64,000 bases of DNA from Mobula hypostoma (lineage: Eukaryota). Made by a program: the position numbers and the translations under genes. The DNA lies in NCBI RefSeq assembly GCF_963921235.1, contig NC_086108.1:109618001-109682000 (forward strand), read 5' to 3'. The notes beneath the pieces are model-generated. The model was not told where the DNA came from and did not search any database. It saw only the letters and a program-made list of their open reading frames with translations. Each line of letters opens with the position of its first letter. Position 1 is the first letter of the stretch. Shown here piece by piece: positions 51,299-62,813 of this stretch.

Positions 51299-51430
51299 TG
51301 TGTGTGTGTCTGTCTGTGTGTGTGTGTGTGTGTGTGAGTGTTTGTGTGTGTGTGTGTGTGTACGTGTGTCTGTGTGTGTGTCTGTCCGTGTGTGTGTGTC
51401 TGTGTGTGTGTGTCTGTGTGTGTGTCTGTC

Positions 51431-51468
<38 letters not shown>

Positions 51469-51481
51469 TGTGTCTGTGTGT

Positions 51482-51548
<67 letters not shown>

Positions 51549-51587
51549 GCTCCAGATTACCAGCATCTACAGAATCTCTTGTGTTTA
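50359..51587. mobile_element. Fold-back PLE terminal-repeat element containing an expanded TG microsatellite
   Basis: Inverted arms aaaatgctggaggaactcagc.. / ..gctgcctgacctgctaaattcttctagcgtttt; the element resumes after the array with ttgctccagattaccagcatct. Confidence 0.75.
50538..51546. repeat. Imperfect (TG)n microsatellite, about 1 kb
   Basis: Directly visible, with TC, TA and CG interruptions. Confidence 0.99.
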
Positions 51588-52164
51588 TGATATTCGTGCA
51601 GGTCTCAACGTTCCCTTCTCCACATGAAGTTAAACATCCATTTGTGTAGCAGAAGCAATAGATTCCTCACAGATGGCAAAACCACAGAAAGGTGGGGACC
51701 ATTTTCAGAATTATTTTTCAGAGTTATCACCCGGGGATTATGAGAGAGTGCCATGGTCGATGTGTGTGTTCAGCACGTGGGCCATCGTTTTTGCATGCAG
51801 TGTCATTTTTTTTAAATTACAATGCACACAGCTAAGATTTGATGTGAAATCTCACAACCCATATCCCTCTGGAATGTCCTTAATGTCATGCAGTCTGTAT
51901 TGTGTAGAGCTTTCTAAAGACATAATTATAAATATGTGAATGAATAATCAACCTCTTGTTCTATTTGGGAGAATTTTGACTGAACGAGATCACATAAAGG
52001 AATTTTAAACTGCACTAAGACTCCCGGACGTTTCGTTCAGAAGCCATTTCTTCCACTTCCAAGTTAAAGTACTTGACCATTATCTGATGTGATGCTATCT
52101 GTCTGATGGCAGAAGCTTTACAATTCCTGAAACAATGATCCCATTATGTGTCAGATGGATCTCA

Positions 52165-53390
52165 AGATTTAAGATTCAAGATTGCTTAATGTCATTTCCA
52201 GTGCACAAGTGTAAAGAAGGATGAAATAATTATTAGTCTGGATCTGATGCTACACAAAAAAACACAAAAGGTAAAGAAAACAATAATAATAATTTTAAAA
52301 AACACAATTAAAATAAATACATAGGATAGCTTATTTACATAAATTGATTGTATGTTCTGGTCGCCTCACTATAGGAAGGATGTGGAAGCATTGGAAAGGG
52401 TACAGAGGAGATTTACCAGAATGCTGCCTGGTTTAGAAAGTATGCATTATGATCAGAGATTAAGGGAGGAAGGGCTTTACTCTTTGGAGTGAAGGAGGAT
52501 GAGAGGAGACATGATAGAGGTGTACAAGATATTAAGAGGAATAGATAGAGTGGATAGCCAGCGCCTCTTCCCCAGGGCACCACTGCTCAATACAAGAGGA
52601 CATGGCTTTAAGGTAAGGGGTGGGAAGTTCAAGGGGGATATTAGAGTAAGGTTTTTTACTCAGAGAGTGGTTGGTGTGTGGAATGCACTGCCTGAGTCAG
52701 TGGTGGAGGCAGATACACTAGTGAAGTTTAAGAGACTACTAGACAGGTATATGGAGGAATTTAAGGTGGGGGCTTATATGGGAGGCAGGGTTTGAGGGTC
52801 GGCACAACATTGTGGGCCGAAGGACCTGTACTGTGTTGTACTATTCTATGTTCTATGTCCATAAAATGACATCAGACTCAGTAATGCCTGTACGTATGGT
52901 GACTGACAGGAAATGATGAAGTAATGGTGGTCAGGGTTGTGGAGGGGTGGGTTAGTGGGTGGAGGTGTTTATCAGCCTTACTGCTTGGGGAAAGTAACTG
53001 TTTTTGACTCTGGTGGTCCTGGTGTTGATGCTACATAGCCTCCTCCCTAATGGGAGTGGGACAAACAGTCCACGAGCAGGGTGGGTAGGATCCTTCCTGA
53101 TGTAACTAGCTCTTTTCCAGCACCTTTCTGTATATGCATCCTTGATGGTGGGTATGCTGGTGCTGGTGATGCGTTGGGCAGTTTTGACTACCTGTTGTCG
53201 AGTCTTCCTGTCCGCCGCAGTGCAGTTTCTGTACCATGCAGTGATCCAGCTTGTTAGGATGCTCCCTACTGCGCAATTGTAGAAGCATGTGAATATTGAC
53301 ATGCAAAGTCCAGCTCTCTTCAACCTCCTCAGAAAAGAGAGGAGTTGGTGAGCTTTCTTGACTGTGTAGGATGTGTTCTAGGACCATGAG
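52165..53390 (-). mobile_element. Rex1/Babar 3' fragment hosting a CR1
   Basis: SILTSWITAWY..KDPTHPARGLF.PLP.GRR..KNSYFPQAVRLIN. Confidence 0.8.
52354..52857 (+). mobile_element. CR1 subfamily B 3' fragment
   Basis: Matches the 23134 and 27533 copies; TATGT at both junctions. Confidence 0.95.
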
Positions 53391-54146
53391 ATTTCATTTG
53401 GGATTTCAAACAGCAGACTTCAAAGTTCCTGGGTCTTGTTAGATCATACTATTCCTCTGTTCTTTCCTTCTCTTATTTTGTCCCTCCTGTTGGATCCTGA
53501 TGCTTCTCACTACTGCCATTGGGTGGGAGGTGCAGGAGACTTGGGTCCCTCACCACCAGCTTTAGGAATGCTTGTTGCTGTACAACCATCAGGCTTCTGG
53601 ACTGGCATGGTAGACTTGACTCGCCTCAGCTGAACTGAATGCAAAACCTGTAAATTCTCTTTCAGGGACCCTGCCTTTGTAATATGTCATTTTTCACGGA
53701 TTCTTTTGTATTTCTTTATCTTCCTGTGAGTGCTCACAAGAAAATTAATCTCAAGGTTGTATTTGGTATACATTCTATGATGATAAATTTATTTTGAACT
53801 TTAAACTTTATTGCAATCCAGAGATCCACTAGAAGTCAAGAATGAGGCATAAAATTTATTGCCATCAATGTTTATAAAGTGTTATATGAATAAAGTCTTT
53901 AGAGGCTGGTGAGAGTGTGGAATGAGCTGCCAGCAGACTCGGTGGATGTGGCTTTGATTTCAACGTTTAAGAGAAATTTGGATAGGCACATCAATGGAAG
54001 GGGAGTGGATGGCTACGTGCAGGTCAATGGAACTAGGCAGGTTGATGGTTCAGCACAGAATAAGGAGGCCTGTTTCCCAGCTGTGATGTTCTGTAACTCA
54101 ATGGTTCTAAAGAATGAACAAAGAAAGACAAAGACATGAGGAAAGT

Positions 54147-55025
54147 AGTCCTATTAAAGAGTCTCGGCTCAATATGTCAGCTTTTTATTCCTCTCCATAG
54201 ATGCTGCCTGGCCTGCTGAGTTCCAATCACAAACAAGAGAAAATCTGCAGATGCTGGAAATCCAAACATCACACACAAAATGCTGGAGGATCCCATTGGA
54301 GATGGGGGAAGCTACGGAGAATTATGTGCTGGACACAGAGGCTGGTGAGGTGGTAGGTGAGGACAAGAGGAACCTTACCCCTGGTAGGGCGGCGGGAGGA
54401 TGGGATGAGAGATGTGCGTGAAATGGAAGAGATGCGGTTGAGGACAGCGTTGATGGTGGAGGAAGGGAGGCCCCATTCTTTGAAGAAGAAAGACACCTCC
54501 TTCCTAGTGCCCACGCATTTTAATTCCACTTCCCATTCCCATTTTGATATGTCTATCCATGGCCTCCTCTGCTGTCATGAGGAACAAAACATCATATTCC
54601 ATCTGGGTTGCCTCCAACCTGATAGTATGAACATCAATTTTTTGAATTTCCTTTAATGGCTCCCCCTTCACCATTCCCCAGTGTCTTTTCCTCCCTCACC
54701 ATATCTCCTTGCCTGCCCATCACCTCCCTGTGCTCCTCCCCCCTTTTCTTTCTTCCATGGCCTTCTGTCGTCTCTTACTAGATTCCCCCTTCTCCAGCCC
54801 TGTATCACCTTCACCAATCAACTTCCCAGCTCTTTACTTCACCCCTTCCCCTCCCGGTTTCACCTGTCACCTTGTGCTTCCACCTCCCGTCCCCCCACCT
54901 TTTAACTCTACTCCTCATCGTTTCTCCTCCGGTCCTGCCGAAGGGTCTCGGCCCAAAACATACCCTGTACTATTTTCCATAGATGCTGCCAGGCCTGCTG
55001 AGTTCCTCCAGCATTTTGTGTGTGT
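54147..55025. mobile_element. Rearranged (inverted) Penelope-like element
   Basis: Minus-strand KVPLVLTYH segment (about 54288-54500) abuts a plus-strand THFNSTSHSH..LQPDSMN and pseudo-LTR. Confidence 0.8.
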
Positions 55026-56064
55026 CAACGGTCAGAGTTTTATTCCAGGGTAAGAAATGGCACATGCCAGAGGGCATATCTTCAAAGAAAGGTAAGGTAA
55101 GGAGGGGTGAAGCTTAAAGGAGAGGTGCAGAGTAAGTTTTTTTTAACACAGAAAATGGTGGGTGCTTTGAATGAGCTGCAAATGGTGGTGGTGGATAGGG
55201 TAAATCCAAGCAAGATTTTTCCACAGAGATTGAAGGAGATTAGAACTGAAGGGTGACCTTATAAAAGTTTATAAAGTCCTGGGACCTCAAGACCATTAAA
55301 CCATTAGACATAGGAGCAGAATGAGGCCATTCGGCCTTTGAGTCTGCTCCACATTCCATCATGGCTGAATTGTTATCCTTCGCAACCCCACTTTATAAGA
55401 CCATAAGACATGGGAGCAGAATGAGGGACATGGTTACAGTGGATGGTCATAGTCAGGATTTAGAAGAACGGGGGGAAACCGTATTGAAACCTGTTGAATA
55501 TTGAAAGGCCAAGATAGAGTGGGTGGAAGAGAATGTTTCCTGTAGTCGGGGAGTCTTGGACCAGAGGGCACAGATTCAGAATAGAAAGAACAGAGATGCG
55601 GAGAAATTTCTTTAGCCAGCAAACGATGAATCTGCGGAATTCTTTGCTACAGATGACCAAGTTATTGGGTAGCGTTAAAGTGGAGGTTGGTGGGTTATTG
55701 ATTGGTCAGGGCATCACAGATTATGAGAAGAAGGAAGGAGAATGAGGTTGAGAGGGGTAATACATCAGCCATGATGGAATGGCGGACTGGAATCAATAGG
55801 CTGAATGGCCTAATTCTGCTCCTATGGTGTATGGTCAATTGAGCTTAAAGCGGATCTGACAGGTGAGTTCCCTATACAGACAGAGGTAGCTCAGTGGTAT
55901 GAGCTGCTAGAGAAGGTGGTACGGGCCGAATAAATTGCAGTTTTTAACAGGCACTTACTTGGTTAGGGGAATGTGTGGAGCGTCCAGGGAGAACTTGTCT
56001 GGTGAAGGGGCTTGTCTTGACCATTCTGGGACAGCTCACTAGCTTTGGTCCCTGCCGGACACTC

Positions 56065-56790
56065 AGCTGTCTGTGAGGATTGGTGATAACATCTCCTCCT
56101 CACTGACGATCAACAATGGTGCACCTCAGGGGTGTGTGCTTAGCCTACTGCTCTACTCTCTCTATACCCATGACTGTGTGGCTAGGCATAGCTCAAATAC
56201 CATCTATAAATGGCGATACAACCATCGTTGGTAAAATCTCAGGTGGTCACGAGGGGGCGTACAGGAGTGGGATATGCCAACTAGTGGAGTGGTGCCGCAG
56301 TAACAACCTGGCACTCAACGTCAGTAAGACGAAAGAGCTGATTGTGGATTTCAGGGAGGGTAAGACGAAGGAACACATACCAATCCTCATAGAGGGATCA
56401 GAAGTGGAGAGGATGAGTAACTTCAAGTTCCTGGGTGTCAAGATCTCTGTGGATCTAACCTGGTCCCAACATATCGATGTAGTTATAAAGAAGGCAAGAC
56501 AGCGGCTATACTTCATTAGGAGTTTGAAGAGATTTGGCATGTCAGCAAATACACTCAAAAACTTCTATAGATGTACTGTGGAGAGCATTCTGACAGGCTG
56601 CATCACTGTCCGGTATGGAGGGGCCACTGCACAGGACCGAAAGAAGCTGCAGAAGGTTGTAAATCTAGTCAGCTCCATCTTGGGCACTAGCCTACAAAGT
56701 ATCCAGGAAATCTTTAGGGAGCAGTGTCTCAGAAAGGCAGCGTAAGTTAACAAATTTCACGTCACGTGCCGGTGATAATAAACCTGATTC
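56065..56790 (+). mobile_element. Rex1/Babar RT fragment
   Basis: WCRSNNLALNVSKTKELIVDFR..FKFLGV..KARQRLYFIRSL..ESILTGCIT. Confidence 0.92.
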
Positions 56791-57149
56791 CACAGTAACC
56801 AGGGAAGACCCCAATTTGTAACACTTGTCCAGACCACTAGATCCGGACTTCTGAGGTTCAAAGAGTGGATCTACCCCAGTGCAACGGCTTTTCCGCTTTA
56901 AAAACTCTCCCGCACAGATTTCCTGTCATCGTGGGACACAATGGACAACCACCACTCAGTTAGGAGCGGTAAAGAGGGATATAGACCCAATACAGGCAAA
57001 TATGATTAGCATAGGCAGCACAGGCACGATGGGACAAAGTGGCCAGTTATGTGCATGTATGTCTCCATCATTGAGCATATTTACTAGGAGGGCTGTCACA
57101 GGGAAGTATCACCCGTTATTAAGGATTCCTACCATCCAGGATATGCTCT

Positions 57150-58130
57150 CTTCAAAGTTCAAATTAAATTATAAACAAAATATATCACCATGTACAACCC
57201 TAAGATTTGTTACCTTGCAGGCATTCACAGTAAATTCTAGACCCATAATAGAATCAATTAAAGACCACACCAACAAAACCGAAAAACAACCAGTGAACAA
57301 AACACAACAAACTGTGCAAATACAAAATGAAAGATATAATAACAATATATAAATAAATAAGCAATAAATATTGAGAACATGAGATGAAGAGTCCTTGAAC
57401 GTGAGTCTGTAGGTTGTGGGAACAGTTCAGTGATGGGACAAGTGAAGTTGAGTGAAGTTAACCCCTTTGGTTCAAGAGCCTGATGGTTGAGGGTAGGAAC
57501 TGTTTCTGAACCTGGAGCTCCTGTATCTCAGCAGCAAGAAGAGAGCATGGCCTGGATGGTGGGGATCCTTGATGATGGATGCTGCTTTCCTGTGAAGGTG
57601 CTCCGTGTAGATGGGCTCAGTGGTGGGGAGGTCTTTGATCTTGATGGACTGTGCTGTATCAACTACTTTGTGTAGGATTTTCAGTTCAATGCCATTGGTG
57701 TTTCAATATCAGGTTATGATACAACCAGTCAATACACTCTCCACTACACTTCTATAGAAGTTTGTCTGAGCTTAAGATATCATGCCCAATCGTCACAAAC
57801 TTCTCAATAGAGGCACTACCATGCGTTACGTACATGCTAAACCCAGGACAGATGCTCTGAAATAATAACACCGATTTAAAGTTGCTGGCCCTCTTGACTT
57901 CTGATCCCCTGATGAAGACATCGACTCTGGTATCCTCCTCCTGTAGTCAATAATCAACTCCTTGGTCTTGCTGACGCTGAGCGAGGAAGTGTTGCTGTGA
58001 CACCACTCAGCCGGATTTTCAATCTCCCTCCTTTATGTTGATTTATCACCAGCTTTGATTTTGTCAATGTCAGCAAACTTAAATATGACGTTGGAGCTTA
58101 GCTTAGCCTCAGAGTCGTACGTGAGAAGAG
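57150..58130 (-). mobile_element. Decayed Rex1/Babar fragment and 3' UTR
   Basis: Colinear with 15955-16750. Confidence 0.7.
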
Positions 58131-58699
58131 CAGAGAATAAGCACACTGACTTGTGGTGCTCCTGTGCTGATGAAGATCTCGCTGATGCCATCAGGAAGAA
58201 GGTACAGGAGCCTCAGGACTCACACCACCCGGTTCAGGAAGAGTCATTACTCCTCAACCATCAGGCTCTTGAAGCAGAGGGGATAGCTTCACTCACCGCA
58301 AAACTGAATTGATTCCACAACCTATGAACTCACTTATAAGGACTCTGCATTCGTGTTCTCAATATTTATTGTTTTTTTTCTTTTTTTTCTTTTTGTATTT
58401 GCGTAATTTGTTGTCCCTTGCACACTGGTTGTTCATTGATTCTACTGTGTTTATCTCTATTTACTGTGAATGCCTGCATTAAAATGAATTTCTATCTATC
58501 TATCTATCTCAATGCAAGACAGACGTTGGTAGGTTCATCAAAAGAAAGATTATAAGGAGAGACTGGGTAGGTTGAGACTGTTTTCCCTGGATCATTAGAG
58601 GCTGAGAGGTGACCAAACAGAAGTTTATAAAATCAGAGAAGCATGGACAGGATGAATGGTGGTACTTTCCCCTGGGTAGGAAAGTCTAAAACTAGAGGC

Positions 58700-59270
58700 A
58701 AACAGCATCCATAGAGAGAAATAGACAGTCAGTATTTCAAGATGCGGTCCAGATGAAGAGCCTCGACCTGAACATCAACTGTCCATTTCCTTCCATCAAT
58801 GCTGTCTGGTCCGCTAAGTTCCTCAGCAACACGCACAAAATGCTGGAGGAACTCAGCAGGTCAGGCAGCACCTTTTGATAGGTGAAGGGTCTCGACCCAA
58901 AACGCTGACTGCCCATTTCCCTCCACAGCTGCTGCCTGACCTGCTGAGTTCTTCAAGCGTCTCATAAACACAAGAAATTCTGAAGGTGCTGGAAATCTTG
59001 AGCACCACACACGAAGTACTGGAGCACCTATTGACTGATGAAGGAACTCAGCCCGAACATAGCTGCTGCCTGACCTGGTGAATTCCTCCAGTATTTTGTA
59101 TGTGTTGGCCAAGATTCCCAGCAGCTACAGAATCTCTTGTGTCTCAGCTGAGTTCCTTCAGCTTTTTGTGTATGTTGCCCAAGATTCCATCATTTGTAGC
59201 CTTGTTTGTGTCTCCAATGAATTCTCCAACTTTGCTCGTTTGCTTCAGCATCTGCAGTCTCTTGTGTCTC
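58700..59270. repeat. Cluster of PLE terminal-repeat fragments in alternating orientation
   Basis: Repeated gctgcctgacctgctgagttc / tgctggaggaactcagc blocks and three decayed hammerhead cores. Confidence 0.75.
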
Positions 59271-60109
59271 CATTGATAGATTCATAGATACTCAACTTGT
59301 GCAGGAAATGAACAATAAGATGAATAATCGACCGAATGGTAGAGCGTAGTCAAATGGCTAAAGGACTCCTGCTCGGTTCTGATTCTTACGTTCCTGTCAA
59401 TATAGTAATCACAGTCCGTGCTAGAGATCGGGCCAAACCTGAGAAGCCAACACAGGTAGATATTGACTTCTATCAGTTTCAGCAGGGCAGATCAGAGACA
59501 GCATTGTGTGCTGGATGGAATCGAAGATCCTCACACATCTCTCAACCTGCTTTCCCCACCACCAGGACCATACAGAGTTACCTTCATGTGTTACTTTGGA
59601 GCGAAGTGTGATTAACTTTTTATGAGAAGAGACTTCTTCAGTTGCTGCTGCAAAGATGCGCTCAGATAGCTTGAGCAACATTTCTTCCTGACTACAGAAC
59701 AAAATGAAGTAAAGGTTTCTTCAGAGACCTCAACTATTCAGGAAATTCCTAACTACATCAGGAAGGCATTATTAGTAATTGATTCCTCTGGTTGCTGCAA
59801 CAGAAAAAGCTGGTCTGAATCATTATAAGACTTTTTTTTTAACCAAAGGCGTCATATTGGAATTTTATTTCTTTGCAGAAAAATAGATCAATAATTTATG
59901 TATTGACAAAGGAAAACATATCCAAATGTTCTGTTAAAGGGATGGTATTTCCTATCTTGTCTGTATAGTGGGTGACAGAAGGTCTCAGGTGATGGTGCTG
60001 ATGTCACACAGGTCTACCAACCTGGACTCAGTCCTTACCTCCAGTGTTGTCCATCTAAATGTATAACCCCTCCTTGATTGTCAGAGAGGAGCAGATGTTA
60101 CTTCTGAGC

Positions 60110-60657
60110 AGTGCGGATTACGACAATCAACACCCATGCACCTCAATGGTGTGTGTTTAGCACACGGCTCTACTCTCTTTATACTCGTGACTGTGTGGCT
60201 AGGCCCAACGCAAATGCCATCTATAAGATTGCCAATAACAACTGTGGTCAGCAGGATCTCCGCTGACAGCAAGAAGGAGCACAGGAATGAGATAGAACAC
60301 CCTTGCACACACCATTAGCAAGACCAAGGAACTGAGTGTGGACTTCAGGAAGGTGAACTCGAAGTAACACAAACCAGTCCTAATCAGCAGTGCAAAGGGT
60401 GAGCTTTTTCAAGTTCCTGGGTGTCAGCACCTCTGAGGCTCCATCCTGGGCCCAACATATTGATGCAATTAAAAAGAAGGCACGAAGGCCACTATATTTC
60501 ATTTGAGGCGATTTGGTATGTCACCAAATTCCTTAGTAAATTTCTACAGATGTACCACGGACAGCGTTCTAACTGGATGCGTCACTGTCTGGCATGGAGG
60601 GGCCACTGCACTGAATGGGAAAAAGCTGGAGGTGATTGTAAACTCAGACAGCTCCAT
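60110..60657 (+). mobile_element. Decayed Rex1/Babar RT fragment
   Basis: Colinear with 56065-56700. Confidence 0.75.
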
Positions 60658-60659
60658 TA

Positions 60660-61197
60660 CTCAGAGGCCACTTTATTAGGTACACGTGTACACCTGCTCG
60701 TTAATGCAAATATCTAATCAGCCAATCATGTGGCAGCATCTCAATACATGAAAGCATGCAGGCATGATCAAAAAGTTCAGCTGTTGTTCAGACCAAACAT
60801 CAGAATGGGGAATAAACGTGATCTAAGTGACTCTGAGTTTGGAATGATTTTTGGGTGCCAGATGGGATGGATCGAGTATCTCAGAAACTGCTGATCTCCT
60901 GGGATGTTCAAGCAGAAAATGGTGCAATAAACAAATAGAAACAAAATCCAGTGGTCAAAAATTCCTTGTTAATAAGAGAGGTCAGAGGAGAATCGCCAGG
61001 CTGGTTCAAGCTGACAGGAAGGCGACAGTAATTCAAATAACCACACATTGCAACAGTGGTGTGCAGAAGAGCACCTTTGAACGCACAATGTGTCAAACTC
61101 TGAAGCGAATGGGGTGCAACAGCAGAAGAGCACAAACATACACTCTGTGTCCAATTTATCGGGTACGGGACGTATCTAACAAAGTGCCCACTGAGTG
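60660..61197 (+). mobile_element. Internally deleted Tc1-like transposon
   Basis: TA-flanked TIRs ctcagaggccactttattagg / ctaacaaagtgcccactgagtg; transposase remnant SISETADLLG..RLVQADRKATVIQIT..LKRMG. Confidence 0.85.
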
Positions 61198-61344
61198 TAC
61201 GCACAGTGATGGAATTATTTCCCATCCAGCAACTGAATGAATTGAGTTTGTTACTTACATCCTTCACATACATGAGGAGTAAAAATCTTTACATTACATC
61301 TCCGTCTAAATGTGCAATGTACAATTTATAATAAATGGTATGTA

Positions 61345-62042
61345 TGTAAGGGGGTTTCGTCTCTTATATTACTGCGTAGGCTAATTAAAATGGCTTCTTT
61401 GTTATGTTATACTTGGGAAAGCTTCTTTGTTACGTTAAATGCTGAGAAAGTCCTCCTGCTAGCAGTTTGTTGAATCACGTTACTGATAAGAAGATGTTAT
61501 GAACCAATTGGGATAGTTGTTATGCTTTTGGTGTGTCTGAAGATATTGTATGCGCGGGGTTTTGGGGGGAGAAGGCGGGAGAGAGAGACAGAGGATGGAC
61601 TAGGTGCTGTGAGTCCGCTAACGGGGTCGGACCCCGAGGAGGGCGTTCGGCGAGGAGAGGAGACGGAGACGGACTCATGTGGACCGTCTGGTCGACCACC
61701 GTTGTTGGTCTCAGGCGGCCGGTCGAGGTGGTCCGAGGGGTCGCAGGGTGAAGAAGAAGGGTCCTGAGCTCCAACTGTTTGTGCACAAAGAGATTGAACT
61801 TTGATAAGTGTGGTGCCTTTGATTTTCCTTTTATATTTTATTCTCTATTAATTATATAGTTCCAGCAATATCTATAAACTGTAAATCATTTAATTGTATC
61901 TGGTGTATTGTCTGTTATTTGGGCGGGGTGGGTACATCACACAGCATCCACACAAACTAATTACCCAGTCTGCCGGGGCTGAGGGCTGTTTCCCTAGACG
62001 ACAGCGAGCCGAGCGACCCTGAGGGTGGCCAGGGGGGCTACA
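61345..62042. mobile_element. Solo LTR (Gypsy-like), 698 bp
   Basis: TGTAA...CTACA termini; 4-bp TSD TGTA at 61341-61344 and 62043-62046; CpG-rich interior. Confidence 0.8.
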
Positions 62043-62580
62043 TGTACTACAGGACAGTCAATATAACAGGAACACAGTTGTGCCAGCGTGAGTTAAGCAG
62101 TCTGATGGCCTGGTGGAAGAGGCTGAACGGGCTGAATGGCTTCTTTCGGTTTCACTAGGAAGAAGGATTGACCTAGACAGAGGGGCCTTCCTCCACCTGC
62201 AGCAAGCGAGAGGCGGTCAATCACAGTCACCTTCCTCCGGCAGCGTTCAGCGAGCGGCTGGCAGACAGCACTGAACCCTCGCTCACCTTCCGCGCTCGCC
62301 TCTAAGTCTCAACCTTCCTCGACGCTTTAGTTGGCGAGGTCAGCGTAAAAATGGGGTCACGCATCCTCTCAGCTTCTAGGCCTGGTGGCTGCTCGGCTTT
62401 GGTGAAATGTGTCATTGGCATCAAGTCAAGTCAGTGAGGATGTTCAGGGGTGGGAATTATCGCTAAGTTTACGGTGCCACCAGGTCAAACACTACCACGT
62501 TCGGGAAAAGTTATTACCCTACCTGGACCAACATGGATCACTTCACTCACCAGAACTCTGAACTGATTCCACAACCTGTG

Positions 62581-62813
62581 TGTTGTGCTTTGTAACTTCA
62601 AAGCATTAAACTAATTCAGAGGAAGGCACGGGAGCCTGAAATGTGAGTTCTGCTTCGTGTTTCACTTTAAGCGAGGCGCGCACGTATCACATGGTAGCGT
62701 GATGACATATGCAGTTCACATAACCCGTAATGAATTAAATGAACGAGAATGCTTAATCAAACAATATACATACAAGATTACTTAAATATTATTGAAATAT
62801 TAAATACACAACA
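62581..62813. mobile_element. Short solo LTR-like element, 233 bp
   Basis: TGTTGTG...CACAACA termini; 5-bp TSD CTGTG/CTATG; the empty-site sequence gattccacaacctatgaactcac is seen at about 58311. Confidence 0.75.

Noticed and set aside
50430..51649. Long CV- and TH-repeat ORFs (up to 386 aa)
   Set aside because: These are translation artefacts of the (TG)n microsatellite.
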